NCBI RefSeq assembly: GCF_004010195.1
Contig: NC_057719.1
Span: 34,484,786 to 34,543,870, forward strand
Length of the DNA stretch: 59,085 nt
From: Chiloscyllium plagiosum
Lineage: Eukaryota
Reading direction: 5' to 3'
Shown one piece after another: positions 13,733 through 27,536 of the stretch (within the stretch, counting starts at the first letter, position 1; each line of letters starts with the position of its first letter). The notes under the pieces are model-generated. The model was not told where the DNA came from, did no database searches, and saw only the letters and a list, made by a program, of their open reading frames with translations. The translations under genes and the position numbers were made by a program.

Positions 13733-16700
13733 TTTACACTCACTCCCCGAGCTCATTGGGTTTTACACTCACTCCCCGAGCTCAGTGTGTTTTAGACTCA
13801 CTCCCCGAACTCAGTGAGTTTTACACTCACTCCCTGAGCTCAGTGAGTTTTACACTCAGTCCCCAAACTCAGTGAGTTTTACACTCACTTCCCAAACTCA
13901 GTGAGTTTTACACTCACTCCCTGAGCTCAGTGAGTTTATACTCACTCCTGCAGCTCAGTGTGTTTTACACTCACTCCCCAAGCTCAGTGAGTTTTACACT
14001 CACTCCCCGTGCTCAGTGAGTTTTATACTAACGCCCCGAGCGCAGTGAGTTTAACACTCACTCCCCGAACTCAGTCAGTTTTACATTGAATCCCCGAGCT
14101 CAGTGAGTTTTACACTCACTCCCCGAGCTCAGTGCGTTTTACACTCACTCCCCGAACTCTGTGAGTTTNNNNNNNNNNNNTTTTATACTCACTCCCCGAG
14201 CTCAATGAGTTTTACACTCACTCCCCGAGCTCAGTGAGTTTTATACTCACTCCCCGAACTCAGTGAGTCTTACAGACACTCCCCGAGCTCAGTGTGTTTT
14301 ATACTCACTCCCCGAGCTCAAGGAGTTTTACACTCACTCCCCCAGCTCAGTGAGTTTTACACTCACTCCACGAGCTCAGTGAGTTTTACACTCGCTCCCC
14401 GAGCTCAGTGACATTTATGCTCACTCCCCGAGCTCAGTGTGTTTTACACTCACTCCACAGGCTCAGTGACATTTATGCTAACTCCCCGAGGTCAGTGACT
14501 TTAACACTCCATCCCCGAACTCAGTGAGTTTTACAGACACTCCCCAAGCTCAGTGTGTTTTATACTCACTCCCCGAGCTCAATGAGTTTTACACTCACTC
14601 CCCCAGCTCAGTGAGTTTTAAACTCACTCCCCGAACTCAGTGACTTTTACACTCACTCCCCCAGCTCAGTGAGTTTTATACTCACTCCCCGAACTCAGTG
14701 TGTTTTACACTCACTCCCCAAGCTCAGTGACTTTTAAACTCACTCCCCGAGGTCAGTAAGTTTTACACTCACTCCCCGACCTCAGTGAGTTTTATACTCA
14801 CTCCCCGAACTCAGATACTTTTACCCTCACTCCCAGAGGTCAGTGAATTTTACACTCATTCCCCGAGCTCAGTGTGTCTTATACTCACTCCCCGAGCTCA
14901 GTGTGTTTTACTCTCGCTCCCCGAGCTCAGTGAGTTTTTTACTCAATCCTCCAGCTCAGTGATCCTTACACTCACTCCCCGAGCTCAGTGAGTTTTACAC
15001 TCACTCCCCGAGCTCAGTGTGTTTTACACTCACTTCCCGAGCTTAGTGAGTTTTATACTCACTCCTCGAACTCAGTGAGTTTTATATTCACTCCCCGAAC
15101 TCAGTGAGTTTTACACTCACTCCCCGAACTAAGAGACTTTTACACTCACTCCCCGAGCTCAATGAGTTTTACACTCACTCCCCGAGCTCAGTGTTTTTTA
15201 CACACACTCCCCGAACTCAGTGTGTTTTACACTCACTCCCCGAACTCAGTGTGTTTGACACTCACTCCCCGAGCTCAGTGAGTTTTACACTCACTCCCCA
15301 AGATCAGTGAGTTTTACACTCACTCTCCGAGCTTAGTGAGTTTTACACTCACTCCCGAGCTCAGTGAATTTTACACTCACTCCCCGAGCTTAGTGAGTTT
15401 TACACTCACTCCACGAGCTCAGTGAGTTTTACACTCGCTCCCCGAGCTCAGTGAATTTTACACACACTCACCAAGCTCATTGAGTTTTGTACTCACTCCC
15501 CGAGCTCAGTGAGTTTTATACTCACTCCCCGAACTCAGTGACTTTTACCCTCACTCCCAGAGCTCAGTGAGTTCTACACTCACTCCCCCAGCTCAGTGAG
15601 TTTTACACTCACTCCCCGAGCTCAGTGTGTTTTACACTCACTCCCCGAGCTCAGTGAGTTTTACACTCACTCCCCGAGCTAAATGAGTTTTACACTCACT
15701 CCACAGGCTCAGTGACATTTACGCTCACTCCCAGTGGTCAGTCACTTTCACAGTCCATCCCCGAACTCAGTGAGTTTTACAGTCACTCCCTGAGCTCAGT
15801 GGGTTTTGCACTCACTCCCCGAGTTTAGTGAGTTTTATAGTCACTCCGCGTGCTCACTGCCCGAACTCAGTGAGTTTTACACTCACTCCCCGAGCTCAGT
15901 GACTGTTAAACTCACTCCCTGAGCTCAGTGTGTTTTTTACTCACTCCTCCAGCTCAGTGCGCTTTAAACTCACTCCCCGAGGTCAGTGTGTTTTACACTC
16001 ACTCCCCGAGGTCAGTGTGTTTTACACTCACTCCCCGAGCACAGTGTTTTACACTCACGCCCCGAGCTCACTGTGTTTTACACTCACTCCCCAAGCTTAG
16101 TGAGTTTTGCACTCACTCCACGAACTCAGTGAGTTTTACACTCACTCCCCAAGATCAGTGAGTTTAACACTCACTCTCCGAGCTTAGTGAGTTTTACACT
16201 CACTCCCGAGCTCAGTGAGTTTTACACTCACTCCCCGAGCTTAGTGAGTTTTATACTCACTGCCCGAACTCAGTGACTTTTACACACACTCCCCGAGCTC
16301 AGTGAGTTTTACACTCACTCCACAAGCTCAGTCACTTTTTCCCTCACTCCCCGAGCTCAGTGAGTTTTATACTCACTCCCCGAGCACAGTGACTTTTACA
16401 CTCACTGCCCAAGTTCAGTGACTTTTACACTCACTCCCCCAGCTCAGTGAGTTTTCTACTCACTCCCCGACCTCAGTGAGTGTTATACTCACTCCCCGAA
16501 CTCAGTGGCTTTTAGACTCACTCCACGATCTCAGTGACTTTAAAACTCACTCCCCGAGCTCAGTGGGTTTTATACTCACTCCCAGAACTCAATGACTTTT
16601 ACCCTCACTCCCAGAGCTCAGTGAGCTTTACACTCACTCCCCCAGCTCAGTGAGTTTTCCACTCACTCCCCGAAATCAGTGAGTTTTACACTCATTCCCC

Positions 16701-19700
16701 CAGCTCAGTGAGTTTTATACTCACTCCCCCAGCTCAATGAATTTTACACTCACTCCCCGAGCTCAGTGTGTTTTACACTCACTCCCCGAACTCAGTGAGT
16801 TTTACACTCACTCCCCAAGCTCAGTGAGTTTTACACTCACTCCCCGAGCTCAGTGAGTTTTACACTCACTCCCTGAGCTCACTGAGTTTTACAGTCACTC
16901 CCCGAGCTCAGTGAGTTTTACACTCACTCCCAGAGCTCAGTGAGCTTTACACTCACTCCCCGAGCTCAGTGAGTTTTACACTCACTCCCCGAGCTCAGTG
17001 AGTTTTACACTCACTCCCCGAGCTCAGTGAGTTTTACACTCACTCCCCGCGTTCAGTGAGTTTTACACTCACTCCCCGAGCTTAGTGAGTTTTACACTCA
17101 CTCCACAGGCTCAGTGACTTTTACCCTCACTCCCCGTGCTCAGTAAGGTTTCTCCTCACTCCCCGAGCTCAGTGAGTTTTATACTTACTCCCCAAGCACA
17201 GTGACTTTTACACTCACTCCCCGAACTCAGTGGCTTTTACACTCACTCCTCAATCTCAGAGACTTTTAAACTCACTCCCCGAGCTCAGTGGTTTTTATAC
17301 TCACTCCACGTGCTCAGTGAGTTTTATACTCACTCCCCAAGCTCTGTGAGCTTTGTACACACTCCCCGAGATCACTGAGTTTTACACTCACTCACCGAAC
17401 TCTGTGAGTTTTACACTCACTCCCCGAGCTCAGTGCGTTTTACACTCACTCCCCGAACTCAGTGTGTTTTACACTCACTCCCCGAGCTCAGTGCGTTTTA
17501 CACTCACTCACCGAACTCTGTGAGTTTTACACTCACTCCCCGAGCTCAGTGCGTTTTACACTCACTCCCCAAGCTCAGTGAGTTTTACACTCATTCCCCG
17601 AGCTCAGTGTGTTTTACACTCACTCCCTGAGATCAGTGAGTTTTACACTCACTCCCCGAGCTCACTGAGTTTTACACTCACTCCCAGAGCTCAGTGAGTT
17701 TTACACTCACTCCCCGAGCTTAGTGAGTTTTACACTCACTCCACAGGCTCAGTGAGATTTACGCTCACTCCCCGAGGTCAGTCACTTTAACAGTCCATCC
17801 CCGAACTCAATGAGTTTTACACTCACTCCGCGTGCTCAGTGAGTTTTATACTCAGTGCCCGAACTCAGTCACTTTTACCCTCACTCCCCGAGCTCAGTGA
17901 GTTTTATACTCACTCCACGTGCTCAGTGAGTTTTATACTCACTCCCCGAGCTCAGTGAGTTTTATACTTACTCCCCGAGCACAGTGACTTTTACCCTCAC
18001 TCCCCGAGGTCAGTAAGTTTTATACTCACTCCAGGAGCTCAGTGAGTTTTATACTTACTCCCTGAGCACAGTGACTTTTACCCTCACTCCCCGAGGTCAG
18101 TAAGTTTTATACTCACTCCAGGAGCTCAGTGAATTTTTTACTCACTCCTCCAGCTCAGTGAGCTTTTCACTCACTCCCAAAGCTCTGTGAGCTTTATACA
18201 CACTCCCCGAGATCACTGAGTTTTACACTCACTCCCCGAGCTCAGTGTGTTTTACACTCATCCCCGAGCTCAGTGTTTTACACTCACTCCCCGAGCTCAC
18301 TGTGTTTTACACTGACTCCCCAAGCTCAGTGAGTTTTACACTCACTCTCCGAGCTTAGTGAGTTTTACACTCACTCCCGAACTCAGTGAGTTTTACACTC
18401 ACTTCTCAAGCTCAGTGAGTTTTACACTCACCCTCCGAGCTTAGTGAGTTTTACACTCACTCCCGAGCTCAGTGAGTTTTACACTCACTCCCCGAGCTGA
18501 GTGAGTTTTACACTCACTCCCCGAGCTCAGTGAGTTTTACACTCACTCCCCGAGCTCAGTGTTTTACACTCACGCCCCGAGCTCAGTGAATTTTACACTC
18601 ACTCCCCGAACTCAGTGAGTTTTACACTCACTCCCCGAACTCATTGTGTTTTNNNNNNNNNNNNNNNNNNNNNNNNNNNNNNNNNNNNNNNNNNNNNNNN
18701 NNNNNNNNNNNNNNNNNNNNNNNNNNNNNNNNNNNNNNNNNNNNNNNNNNNNNNNNNNNNNNNNNNNNNNNNNNNNNNNNNNNNNNNNNNNNNNNNNNNN
18801 NNNNNNNNNNNNNNNNNNNNNNNNNNNNNNNNNNNNNNNNNNNNNNNNNNNNNNNNNNNNNNNNNNNNNNNNNNNNNNNNNNNNNNNNNNNNNNNNNNNN
18901 NNNNNNNNNNNNNNNNNNNNNNNNNNNNNNNNNNNNNNNNNNNNNNNNNNNNNNNNNNNNNNNNNNNNNNNNNNNNNNNNNNNNNNNNNNNNNNNNNNNN
19001 NNNNNNNNNNNNNNNNNNNNNNNNNNNNNNNNNNNNNNNNNNNNNNNNNNNNNNNNNNNNNNNNNNNNNNNNNNNNNNNNNNNNNNNNNNNNNNNNNNNN
19101 NNNNNNNNNNNNNNNNNNNNNNNNNNNNNNNNNNNNNNNNNNNNNNNNNNNNNNNNNNNNNNNNNNNNNNNNNNNNNNCTCACTCCACAGGCTCAGTGAG
19201 ATTTACGCTCACTCCCCGAGGTCAGTCACTTTAACAGTCCATCCCCGAACTCAGAGAGTTTTACACTCACTCCCCGAGCTCAATGAGTTTTACACTCACT
19301 CCCCAAGCTCAGTGAGTTTTATACTCACTCCCCGAACTATGAGTTTTACACCCACTCCCCGAGCTCAGTGCGNNNNNNNNNNNNNNNNNNNNNNNNNNNN
19401 NNNNNNNNNNNNNNNNNNNNNNNNNNNNNNNNNNNNNNNNNNNNNNNNNNNNNNNNNNNNNNNNNNNNNNNNNNNNNNNNNNNNNNNNNNNNNNNNNNNN
19501 NNNNNNNNNNNNNNNNNNNNNNNNNNNNNNNNNNNNNNNNNNNNNNNNNNNNNNNNNNNNNNNNNNNNNNNNNNNNNNNNNNNNNNNNNNNNNNNNNNNN
19601 NNNNNNNNNNNNNNNNNNNNNNNNNNNNNNNNNNNNNNNNNNNNNNNNNNNNNNNNNNNNNNNNNNNNNNNNNNNNNNNNNNNNNNNNNNNNNNNNNNNN

Positions 19701-21873
19701 NNNNNNNNNNNNNNNNNNNNNNNNNNNNNNNNNNNNNNNNNNNNNNNNNNNNNNNNNNNNNNNNNNNNNNNNNNNNNNNNNNNNNNNNNNNNNNNNNNNN
19801 NNNNNNNNNNNNNNNNNNNNNNNNNNNNNNNNNNNNNNNNNNNNNNNNNNNNNNNNNNNNNNNNNNNNNNNNACTCCCCAAGCTCAGTGTGTTTTACACT
19901 CACTCTCCGAGCTCAGTGGGTTTTATACTCACTCCCCGAGCTCAGTACGTTTTACACTCATTCCCCGAGCTCAGTGAGTTTTACACTCACTCCCCCAGCT
20001 CAGTGTGTTTTACACTCACTACTCGAGCTCAGTGTGTTTTACACTCGCTCCACGAGCTCAGTGAGTTTTACACTCACTCCCCGAACTCAGTGAGTTTTAC
20101 ACTCACTCTCCAAGCTCAGTGAGTTTTACAGTCACTCCACGAACTCAGTGAGATTTACGCTCACTCCCCGAGGTCAGTGACTTTTACACTCCATCCCCGA
20201 ACTCAGTGAGTTTTACACTCACTCCCCCAGCTCAATGAGTTATACCCTCACTCCCCGAGCTCAGTGAGTTTTACACTCACTCCCCGAGCTCAGTGAGTTT
20301 TATAATCATTCCCGAGCTCAGTGAGTTTTACACTCACTCCCCGAGCTCAGTGAGTTTTACACTCACTCCCCGAGCTCAGTGGCTTTTAAACTCACCCCCC
20401 CAGCTCAGTGTTTTTTATACTCACGCCCCGAGCTCAGTGTGTTTTATACTCACTTCCCAAGCTCAGTAAGTTTTATACTCACTCCCCAAGCTCAGTGTCT
20501 TTTACACTCACTCCCCAAGCTCAATGAGTTTTACTCTCACTCCCCGAGCTCAGTGAGTTTTATACTCACTCCCTGAGCTCAGTGAGTTTTACAATCGGTC
20601 CCCGAGCTCAGTGTGTTTTAACCTCACTCCCCGAGCTTAGTGTGTTTTACACTCACTCCCTGAGCTCAGTGAGTTTTACACTCACTGCCCCGAGCTCAGT
20701 GAGTTTTAAACTCACTCCCTGAGCTCAGTGAGTTTTACACTCACTGCCCCGAGCTCAGTGAGTTTTAACCTCACTCCCCGAGCTTAGTGTGTTTTACAAT
20801 CATTCCCTGAGCTCAGTGAGTTTTACACTCACTCCCCCAGCCCAGTGCGTTTTACACTCACTCCCCCAGCTCATTGAGTTTTACACTCACTCCCCCAGCT
20901 TAGTGAGTTTTACACTCACTCCCCGAGCTCAGTGACTTTTAAACTCACTCCCCCAGCCCAGAGCGTTTTAGACTCACTCCCCCAGCTCATTGAGTTTTAC
21001 ACTCACTCCCCCAGCTCAGTGAGTTTTACACTCACTCCCCGAGCTCAGTGAGTTTTACACTCGCTCCCCAAGCTCAGTGTCTTTTACACTCACTCCCCAA
21101 GCTCAATGAGTTTTACTCTCACTCCCTGAGCTCAGTGAGTTTTACACTCACTCCCCAAGCTCAGTGTGTTTTACACTCACTCCCTGAGCTCAGTGAGTTT
21201 TACACTCACTCCCCGAGTTCAGTGACTTTTAAACTCACTCTCCGAGCTCATTGAGTTTTACACTCACTCCCCCAGCTCAGTGAGTTTTACACTCACTCCC
21301 TGAGCTCAGTGAGTTTTACACTCACTCCCCGGGTTCAGTGACTTTTAAACTCACTCTCCGAGCTCAGTGAGTTTTACACTCACTCCCCGAGCTCAGTGAG
21401 TTTTACACTCACTCCCCGAGCTCTGTGAACTTTACACTCATGCCCCGAGCTCAGTGAGCTTTATACTCACTCCCCGAGCTCTGTGTGTTTTACACTCACT
21501 CCCCGAACTCTGTGAATTTTACACTCACTCCCCGAGCTCAGTGAGTTTTACCCTCACTCCCCGAACTCTGTGTGTTTTATACTCACTCTACGAGCTCAGT
21601 GAGATTTACGCTCACTCCCTGAGGTCAGTGACTTTTACAGTCACTCCCCGCACACAGTGAGTTTTATACTCACTCCCCCAGCTCAGTGAGTTCTGCACTC
21701 ACGCCCCGAGCTCAGTGAGTTTTATACTCACGCCCCGAGCTCAGTGACTTTTACCCTCACTTCCCGAGCTCAGTGAGTTTTACACTCAACCCCTGAGCTC
21801 AGTGAGTTTTACGCTCACTCCGTGCGCACAGTGAGTTTTATCCTCACTCCCCGAGCTCAGTGAGTTTTATACT
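13733..21873. repeat. Tandem satellite, 29-bp unit CTCACTCCCCGAGCTCAGTGAGTTTTACA, roughly 245 sequenced copies
   Basis: Head-to-tail repeats without spacers; assembly gaps at 14169-14180, 18653-19178 and 19373-19872, so the true length is unknown. Confidence 0.98.
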
Positions 21874-22250
21874 CGATCAATGCTGCTGTTATTGCTCCCC
21901 CAACTTTTCCCCACAGACTGGGCCTTTTTTTCCCATTCAGTATCCCTTCCAGTATTCTTCTTTCCCTTTTTATATTTTACCTCCACCCAAATGAATTTTA
22001 TATCTTTCAGTCCAAGATTGTTGTTTGCTTTCATACTTTCTCCATCCTGCACCCACAATGTTAGCTCATGACCCTTCCCTTCCCCAAATCCCTGAAAATG
22101 TAGTTCCCAGCTTTGATCTCTCCATAACCAGGTCTGGCTGACAGTTATAAGATTGTACCTATTAACTTATATTTGCGCTGTTGATTTATTTGTTTTATTC
22201 CAAATGTTACTCGCATCCAAGAGTCTTCAAATTGCATTTTTACCATATTT
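21874..22250 (-). mobile_element. Decayed CR1 endonuclease fragment
   Basis: Peptide LGLKDIKFIWVEVKYKKGK. Confidence 0.6.
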
Positions 22251-22590
22251 CCCCCTTTTGTTGTTGTTTTTGTTGTTGTTGTTTTTCATGTATTGTTTTT
22301 TCTGTTTCTATATTCTCCCCCACCTGTCCAATTCACAGTAATGTTATTTAATAGCTTTATTTTTTTCATACTCATGGGATATGGGCATCAATGGCTGGCT
22401 GGCTGGCACTTACTCTCTGTTCCTAAACCTGTCCAGTGATGCCAACTCCTCTTGCTTTGTAAGCCTATATTTCCCCTCTCCCAAACCTGGCTCCCCATAT
22501 CCCATCCATTTTGCTTGTTAATCTTTGATTCCAATTTGTGCAACCCAGTTTCATTCTTAAAGCAATGAAGTTGACTTTCCAATAGTTAAG

Positions 22591-22903
22591 ATTAGATTAG
22601 ATTAAATTCCCTACAGTGTGGAAACAGGCCCTTCGGCCCAACAAGTCCACACCGACCCACCAAAGAGTAACCCACCCAGACCCATTTCCTTCTGACTAAT
22701 GTACCCAACACTATGGACAAGTTAACATGGTCAATCCACCTGACCTGCACATCTTTGGATTTTGAGAGGAAACCGGAGCACCCGGAGGAAGCCCACACAG
22801 ACACGGGGAGAACATGCAAACTCCACACAGAATCAGCCAAGGCCGGTGTCGAACCCAGATCCCTGGTGCTGTGAGGCAGCAATGCTAACTACTGTGCCGC
22901 CCC
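22591..22903 (-). mobile_element. HE1-type (V-SINE) tRNA-derived SINE
   Basis: On the minus strand: GGCGGCACAGTAGTTAGCATTGCTGCCTCACAGC head, GGGTTCGA B box, V domain GTGGAGTTTGCATGTTCTCCCCGTGTCTG, and (AATCT)n tail. Confidence 0.9.
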
Positions 22904-23140
22904 CAAATTATAATTATTCTATGTCTGCATTGCTCCTTGTCCTTTTCAGTCACTAACCTATACAATATTATACAATGATTGCTGTGTATTCGATGTTCCT
23001 TATTGACAATTGATCCAATTGGCCCACCAAAAATCACATTTCGATGTGCCTCCTTTCTCATTGGACTGAAAACATATTGCTGTAAAGCATTTTGCTTGAA
23101 ACCCCTGACCATTTCTGCCCTTGACACTCCTGCAACCTCA

Positions 23141-23235
23141 TTCCTGATGAAGGGCTTTTGCCTGAAACATCAATTTTCCTGCTCCTCAGATGCTGCCTGA
23201 CCTGCTGTGCCTTTCCAGCACCACTCCATTCTTGA
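23141..23235 (+). mobile_element. Mini-PLE family A with partly decayed hammerhead core
   Basis: CTGATGAAGGGCTTTTGCCTGAAACATC; TSD CTCCTGCAA(C/T)CTCA at 23127-23140 and 23236-23249. Confidence 0.8.
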
Positions 23236-23774
23236 CTCCTGCAATCTCAGCCTGTTTTTAGATGATTGAACACTTTGTCTCTAGAAATATTCAATACCAT
23301 TGAGTATAGTTAAGGCAGAGGTAGATAGGTTCTTGATTGATAATGGGACCAAGGGTTACAAGGAGCAGGCAGGAGAATGAGATTGAGAAACATATCAGTT
23401 ATGATTGAATGGCAGAATAGAGTTGATGGGCTGAATGGCCTAATTCTGCACCTCATGTCTTTTGGACTCAAGGTCTTATTCTTTAAGGCAGGTCTCTGCA
23501 ACTGCCATATCATATTTCCAGAAGGCTCTAACATACCAATCTTATTTACTAGATCAGACAAATAATGCAAATACACTAACAACAATAACTTATGTTTATA
23601 TGAGGCCTTTATTGTAGGTCTAAGAATAGCTTTGAGTATCCCAAGGAGATTCACAGAAGCATTATCAAACAGAAGTGGTCACATAATGAGAAAGTAGAAC
23701 ATGTGACAAAAAACTTGGTCAAGGAAGTAACTCTTTAGAATTGCTTTTCAGGTTCCTTGAAAGGGGCTACACAG

Positions 23775-24355
23775 GTCATGGTGAAGAAGGTGTTTGGCAT
23801 GCTTACCTTCACTGGTCAGAGCTTTGAATGTAGGAGTTAGGATATCATGTTGTGGTTGGTGAGTCCACTTTTGGAGTACTGTGTACAGTTCTAAACATTT
23901 TAGTATAGAAAGGATATCATTAAATTTGAGAGGGTGCAAAAATAATTTACTAGGATGTTACTGGGACTGGAGGGTTTGAGTTATTTGGAGAAGCTGGATA
24001 GGGTGGGACTTTTTTCCTGGAGAGTAGGACTTTGAGTTGATATCGAGGTTTATAAAATCATGAGGGTCATAGATAAGGTGAATAGTAAAGGATATGGGAG
24101 TTTAAAACTAGAGAAAATAATTTTAAGGTTAAAGGAGAATGATTTAAAAGGGACCTGAGGGGGGCTTCTATATGGAATGAACTGCCAGAGGAAGTGGTAA
24201 ATGCAGGTACAGTTACAGCATTTAAAAGACATTTAGAAATGAACATGCATAGGAAAGGTCTGGAGAGATATGGGATTAGTTTAGTTTGGGAAACTTGGTC
24301 AGCAAGGACAAGTTGAACCAAAGGGTCTGTTTCCATGCTGTATGACTCTATGACC
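23775..24355 (+). mobile_element. CR1/HER1 3' fragment
   Basis: Homologous to other copies in the window; ends ...GGGTCTGTTTCCATGCTGTATGACTCTATGAC. Confidence 0.85.
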
Positions 24356-27300
24356 CTAAGAGAGGTCAAGAAATAGATGTTTGAACAAAATTCCACAGCT
24401 TAGGGGCTTCAGTTGAAACCTAAACTGCCAATGGTAATATGCAACAAATCAAGGACAAGCAAGAGTCCATGATTGAAAAAATGCAGAGTACACTTGTGAA
24501 AGATAAAACAATTTTTGTCTTCAATCATAATCATTTTTACCCCTCTGTATGATTTATTTTTTAAATGAGGTCCAGTTGACAGACCTGTCATTATTGGCTG
24601 TGGGGGAGAGGAGGCTTAGGGGAGAAGGTATACAGGTATATAACATCATTAAGAAATTTAGTCTATGAACCAGTAACATGTTTGAGAGTATAATAAATTT
24701 TAAACACAGGGGTTTCAGGCTTAATCTTAGAAGGGTAGTTAGGCATTTTGAATTTAACCACCACACATAAAGGATCGTAAAAGTACAATTAGATTACTCT
24801 TAAAGACAGATTATGGAAAAAACTGAAAGGAGAATTTGTAGAAATTTGAGGCAGCAAATATTTGAGAGGTATCAGTTTAGGGGGACTGGTCAGATCTATA
24901 GATAAAGCTTTCCCTGTCTTATGTTTTCCTGTGTTCCCATCTAAATTTTAGATACAGCCAATAACCCTATCTCCAAGCTCCAAGTCAGACCTAAGCCAAG
25001 ACCTTATGTTATTTAAATGAGTAACACTGCCCAATAAAATTGCATACAGAGTGTGCTGTTGTTTAGCTAGCTTGGCTCATACAGGCATCAATCATTTTTG
25101 GCACAGAGCTTGTTCAGATCATAAAACAGAGCCAAAATTGAAACTACCAAAATATACTTGTGAAATGCAAATGTACTCCTGTCATTCTAAATGGGATTTT
25201 CACACTTAATAAGTCCTTTCTGTGAATCTCAATACACTATAAGTATAATCTCACTCCATTTTTATAACCAGTAAAGTATAGCTTGGCAGACAGATAAGAC
25301 AGTTTTAGTTACTCAATTGGATACAAAGGAAGTGGTCAACAATCAAGAACTTTTACTGTGTTACCAAAGTGCTACAGTAAGTCAGAATTTGTAAATGCCA
25401 CATACAACTGAGAAGCTCAAATTCAACTTACTGTGCATAATGTGAGGCAGAGACCAGCCCTGTATGAAAATTAATTGAAGTGCTTTTGCCGTGTGTGAGC
25501 TTGGCATGGTGAAAATTTTTCCAGGTGGACAGAACTGATTTTACAGAGCTTTCCAATACAGCATGGATAAATTTACCTACATTTCTGGAATAGTGAACTG
25601 GTGGAATGGATCACTACCCATCATTTCTGCTGTACTGTTCATTCTTTGGGCACTAAGTGGAGTGGATCATACGCCCATTATACAATCCACACAAGTTTAT
25701 TTTTCATTGAACTCAACAGCAATGAAAATCACTCAGGTTCAATAATTGGTTGCTGACCAGCTCCAGCAATTGTGAAATGTGAAATGTATGAAATAGAAAA
25801 TATTCAACTTTTTATTCAACAAATTCAAAATATCCAAGCAAGAAGGCTTCTAACTGTAGAAGTCCTAAAACTCCCCACAGTCAATGAAGTTAATTTTGAA
25901 GTACAGGATTATTTACATAGGAAAGCTCAGCCATCAATTTGCACACAGAAAGATGTCACAAGTGACAATATAACTGACCAGCTAACCTGTTTTAGTCATA
26001 TTGATTAAGGAATAAACATTGACCAAGACGTGAGAACTCCTCCTGTTCCAATACTTTACATCAAATTTTGATGGGCCTTTGTATAAACTTCTCATCCAAA
26101 TAAGGTTGCCAACAGTGCAAACCTAGTGTAGCCTGACTGATATGTTGAGGTATCTACAATGAGACTTTCATGATTCAAAGGTATCAAGCATTGAGCTGAT
26201 GCTAGCACCTAAACAAGAAACTAGCTGTTACATAGACGCAACTAAAAGTCTTCATACACTGACTGATTGCCTTCAATTTCAGGCTGGAGTCACATTCCAG
26301 CACATGGCAATTTCCCCATGATGCGACTTCAAAGGTGCATCTTTTGTTTGTTATGTGTTTTAGAATGTGAAATGGGATGAAAGAAGTTCCATAAGTACAA
26401 GGTTTTCTTGCTTTTTTTCCTGCACACAAGTTGCTTCTCCCTCTCATTGTGCACAGTACATGAAGCTAGCTCACACATCTGAATGAGCATTTTCATAAAC
26501 CTCACATTAAAGCCCTCTCCTTTTGCAGCAGTAGCTCTCAACATCAGAGTGGGTGGGGGTGGTGGGGGGCAGATGTATGGCTGCAATCTAAACCCTTCCC
26601 CAGATGAAGGAGAAAGCTTTGGAAAGAATAGAGCAGACAGCACAAGGAGTATTGATGTTGGTGAGTCTGGAAGCTATGTTCAATAACTCTTACTTTTTCT
26701 TTTTACCTCAAGCAATCATATATGCAGGAGCATGATAACCCAGTGCTGCATAGCATCGCCAATTATCTGGTTCTGCTTCAGCCTTCCACGCTATCTAGTC
26801 CTTGACCCTCTCGCATTCTTTAAGGACCACCTTGAACTATAGGAAAGAAGATTCAGTGGGGTCAACCCTTCAGCAGAAACAATAGCGCTCACTTTGTACC
26901 CTCCAAGCAACAACACAGAAATTGGCACACCAGCTGAAATAGAAGGCAAGTTAGAAAGGAGTGGACAGGGGGTGTTTTGCAGCAAAACTGAGCATGGGCT
27001 GGGATGAGTAAAACAACAATGTGTGAGATGGTTTGCCAGCTGCCTGGCCCAACACCACTCCCTGGCAGAGAGGATCTCAGGCTTCAAAATAAATGGCATT
27101 TTGGGTGCGCATTCCACCAATCAGTGGACCTCTGCCAAGGAGTTCCAGTATGTCAATGTCCAGTGTGTGATATTATACTGAAAGCTCATATGAATGTAAA
27201 TTTGACCAACTTGCCCATAATCACCCCTAATTAGGCCTCATTCTAGCTTTTACAGCTTAGACTGAAGTCGATGTATTCAGGTTCTAGGCTGCACTGTTTC

Positions 27301-27496
27301 AAATGCCTACAGGGATAGCGGCTCCACTCATACAACAAGCTCCCTAAAGTCAGCTCTTCCATAGATTTGAAAGAGTGGTGAGGCCTGGAAAATCTTGTCC
27401 TCTCCCAGAGTGACAGCATGTTCAAAGTCTATGAGAAGATTTGTAGCTCGGGTGCTCGTTGTTGTGGTTATGTTCACCGAGCTGGGAATTTGTGTT

Positions 27497-27536
27497 GCAG
27501 ACGTTTCGTCCCCTGTCTAGGTGACATCCTCAGTGC
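27497..27536 (-). ncRNA. Minimal hammerhead ribozyme motif (family B)
   Basis: Minus strand GCA-CUGAGGA-U-GUCACCU-AGAC-AGGGGAC-GAAAC-GUC-UGC; stem I GCA/UGC, stem II 6 of 7 pairs. Confidence 0.75.

Noticed and set aside
18615..20093. Long ORFs of 180-443 aa
   Set aside because: They are mostly N gaps.
13496..21660. Repetitive ORFs (HSLPELSEFYTHSPSSVSFTLTPRAQCV) as a zinc-finger or repeat protein
   Set aside because: Translation artefact of a 29-nt period; frequent stops and no C2H2 spacing.
13733..21873. CRISPR array (29-bp partly palindromic repeats)
   Set aside because: No unique spacers, no cas genes, and the context is eukaryotic; it is a head-to-tail satellite.
13733..21873. Satellite monomer as a hammerhead (minus strand CTGAGCT...AAAACTC)
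   Set aside because: Lacks the CUGAnGA and GAAA cores and a stem II.
25563..25745. 60-aa ORF with a hydrophobic stretch
   Set aside because: Short, no recognised family; expected by chance in AT-rich DNA.
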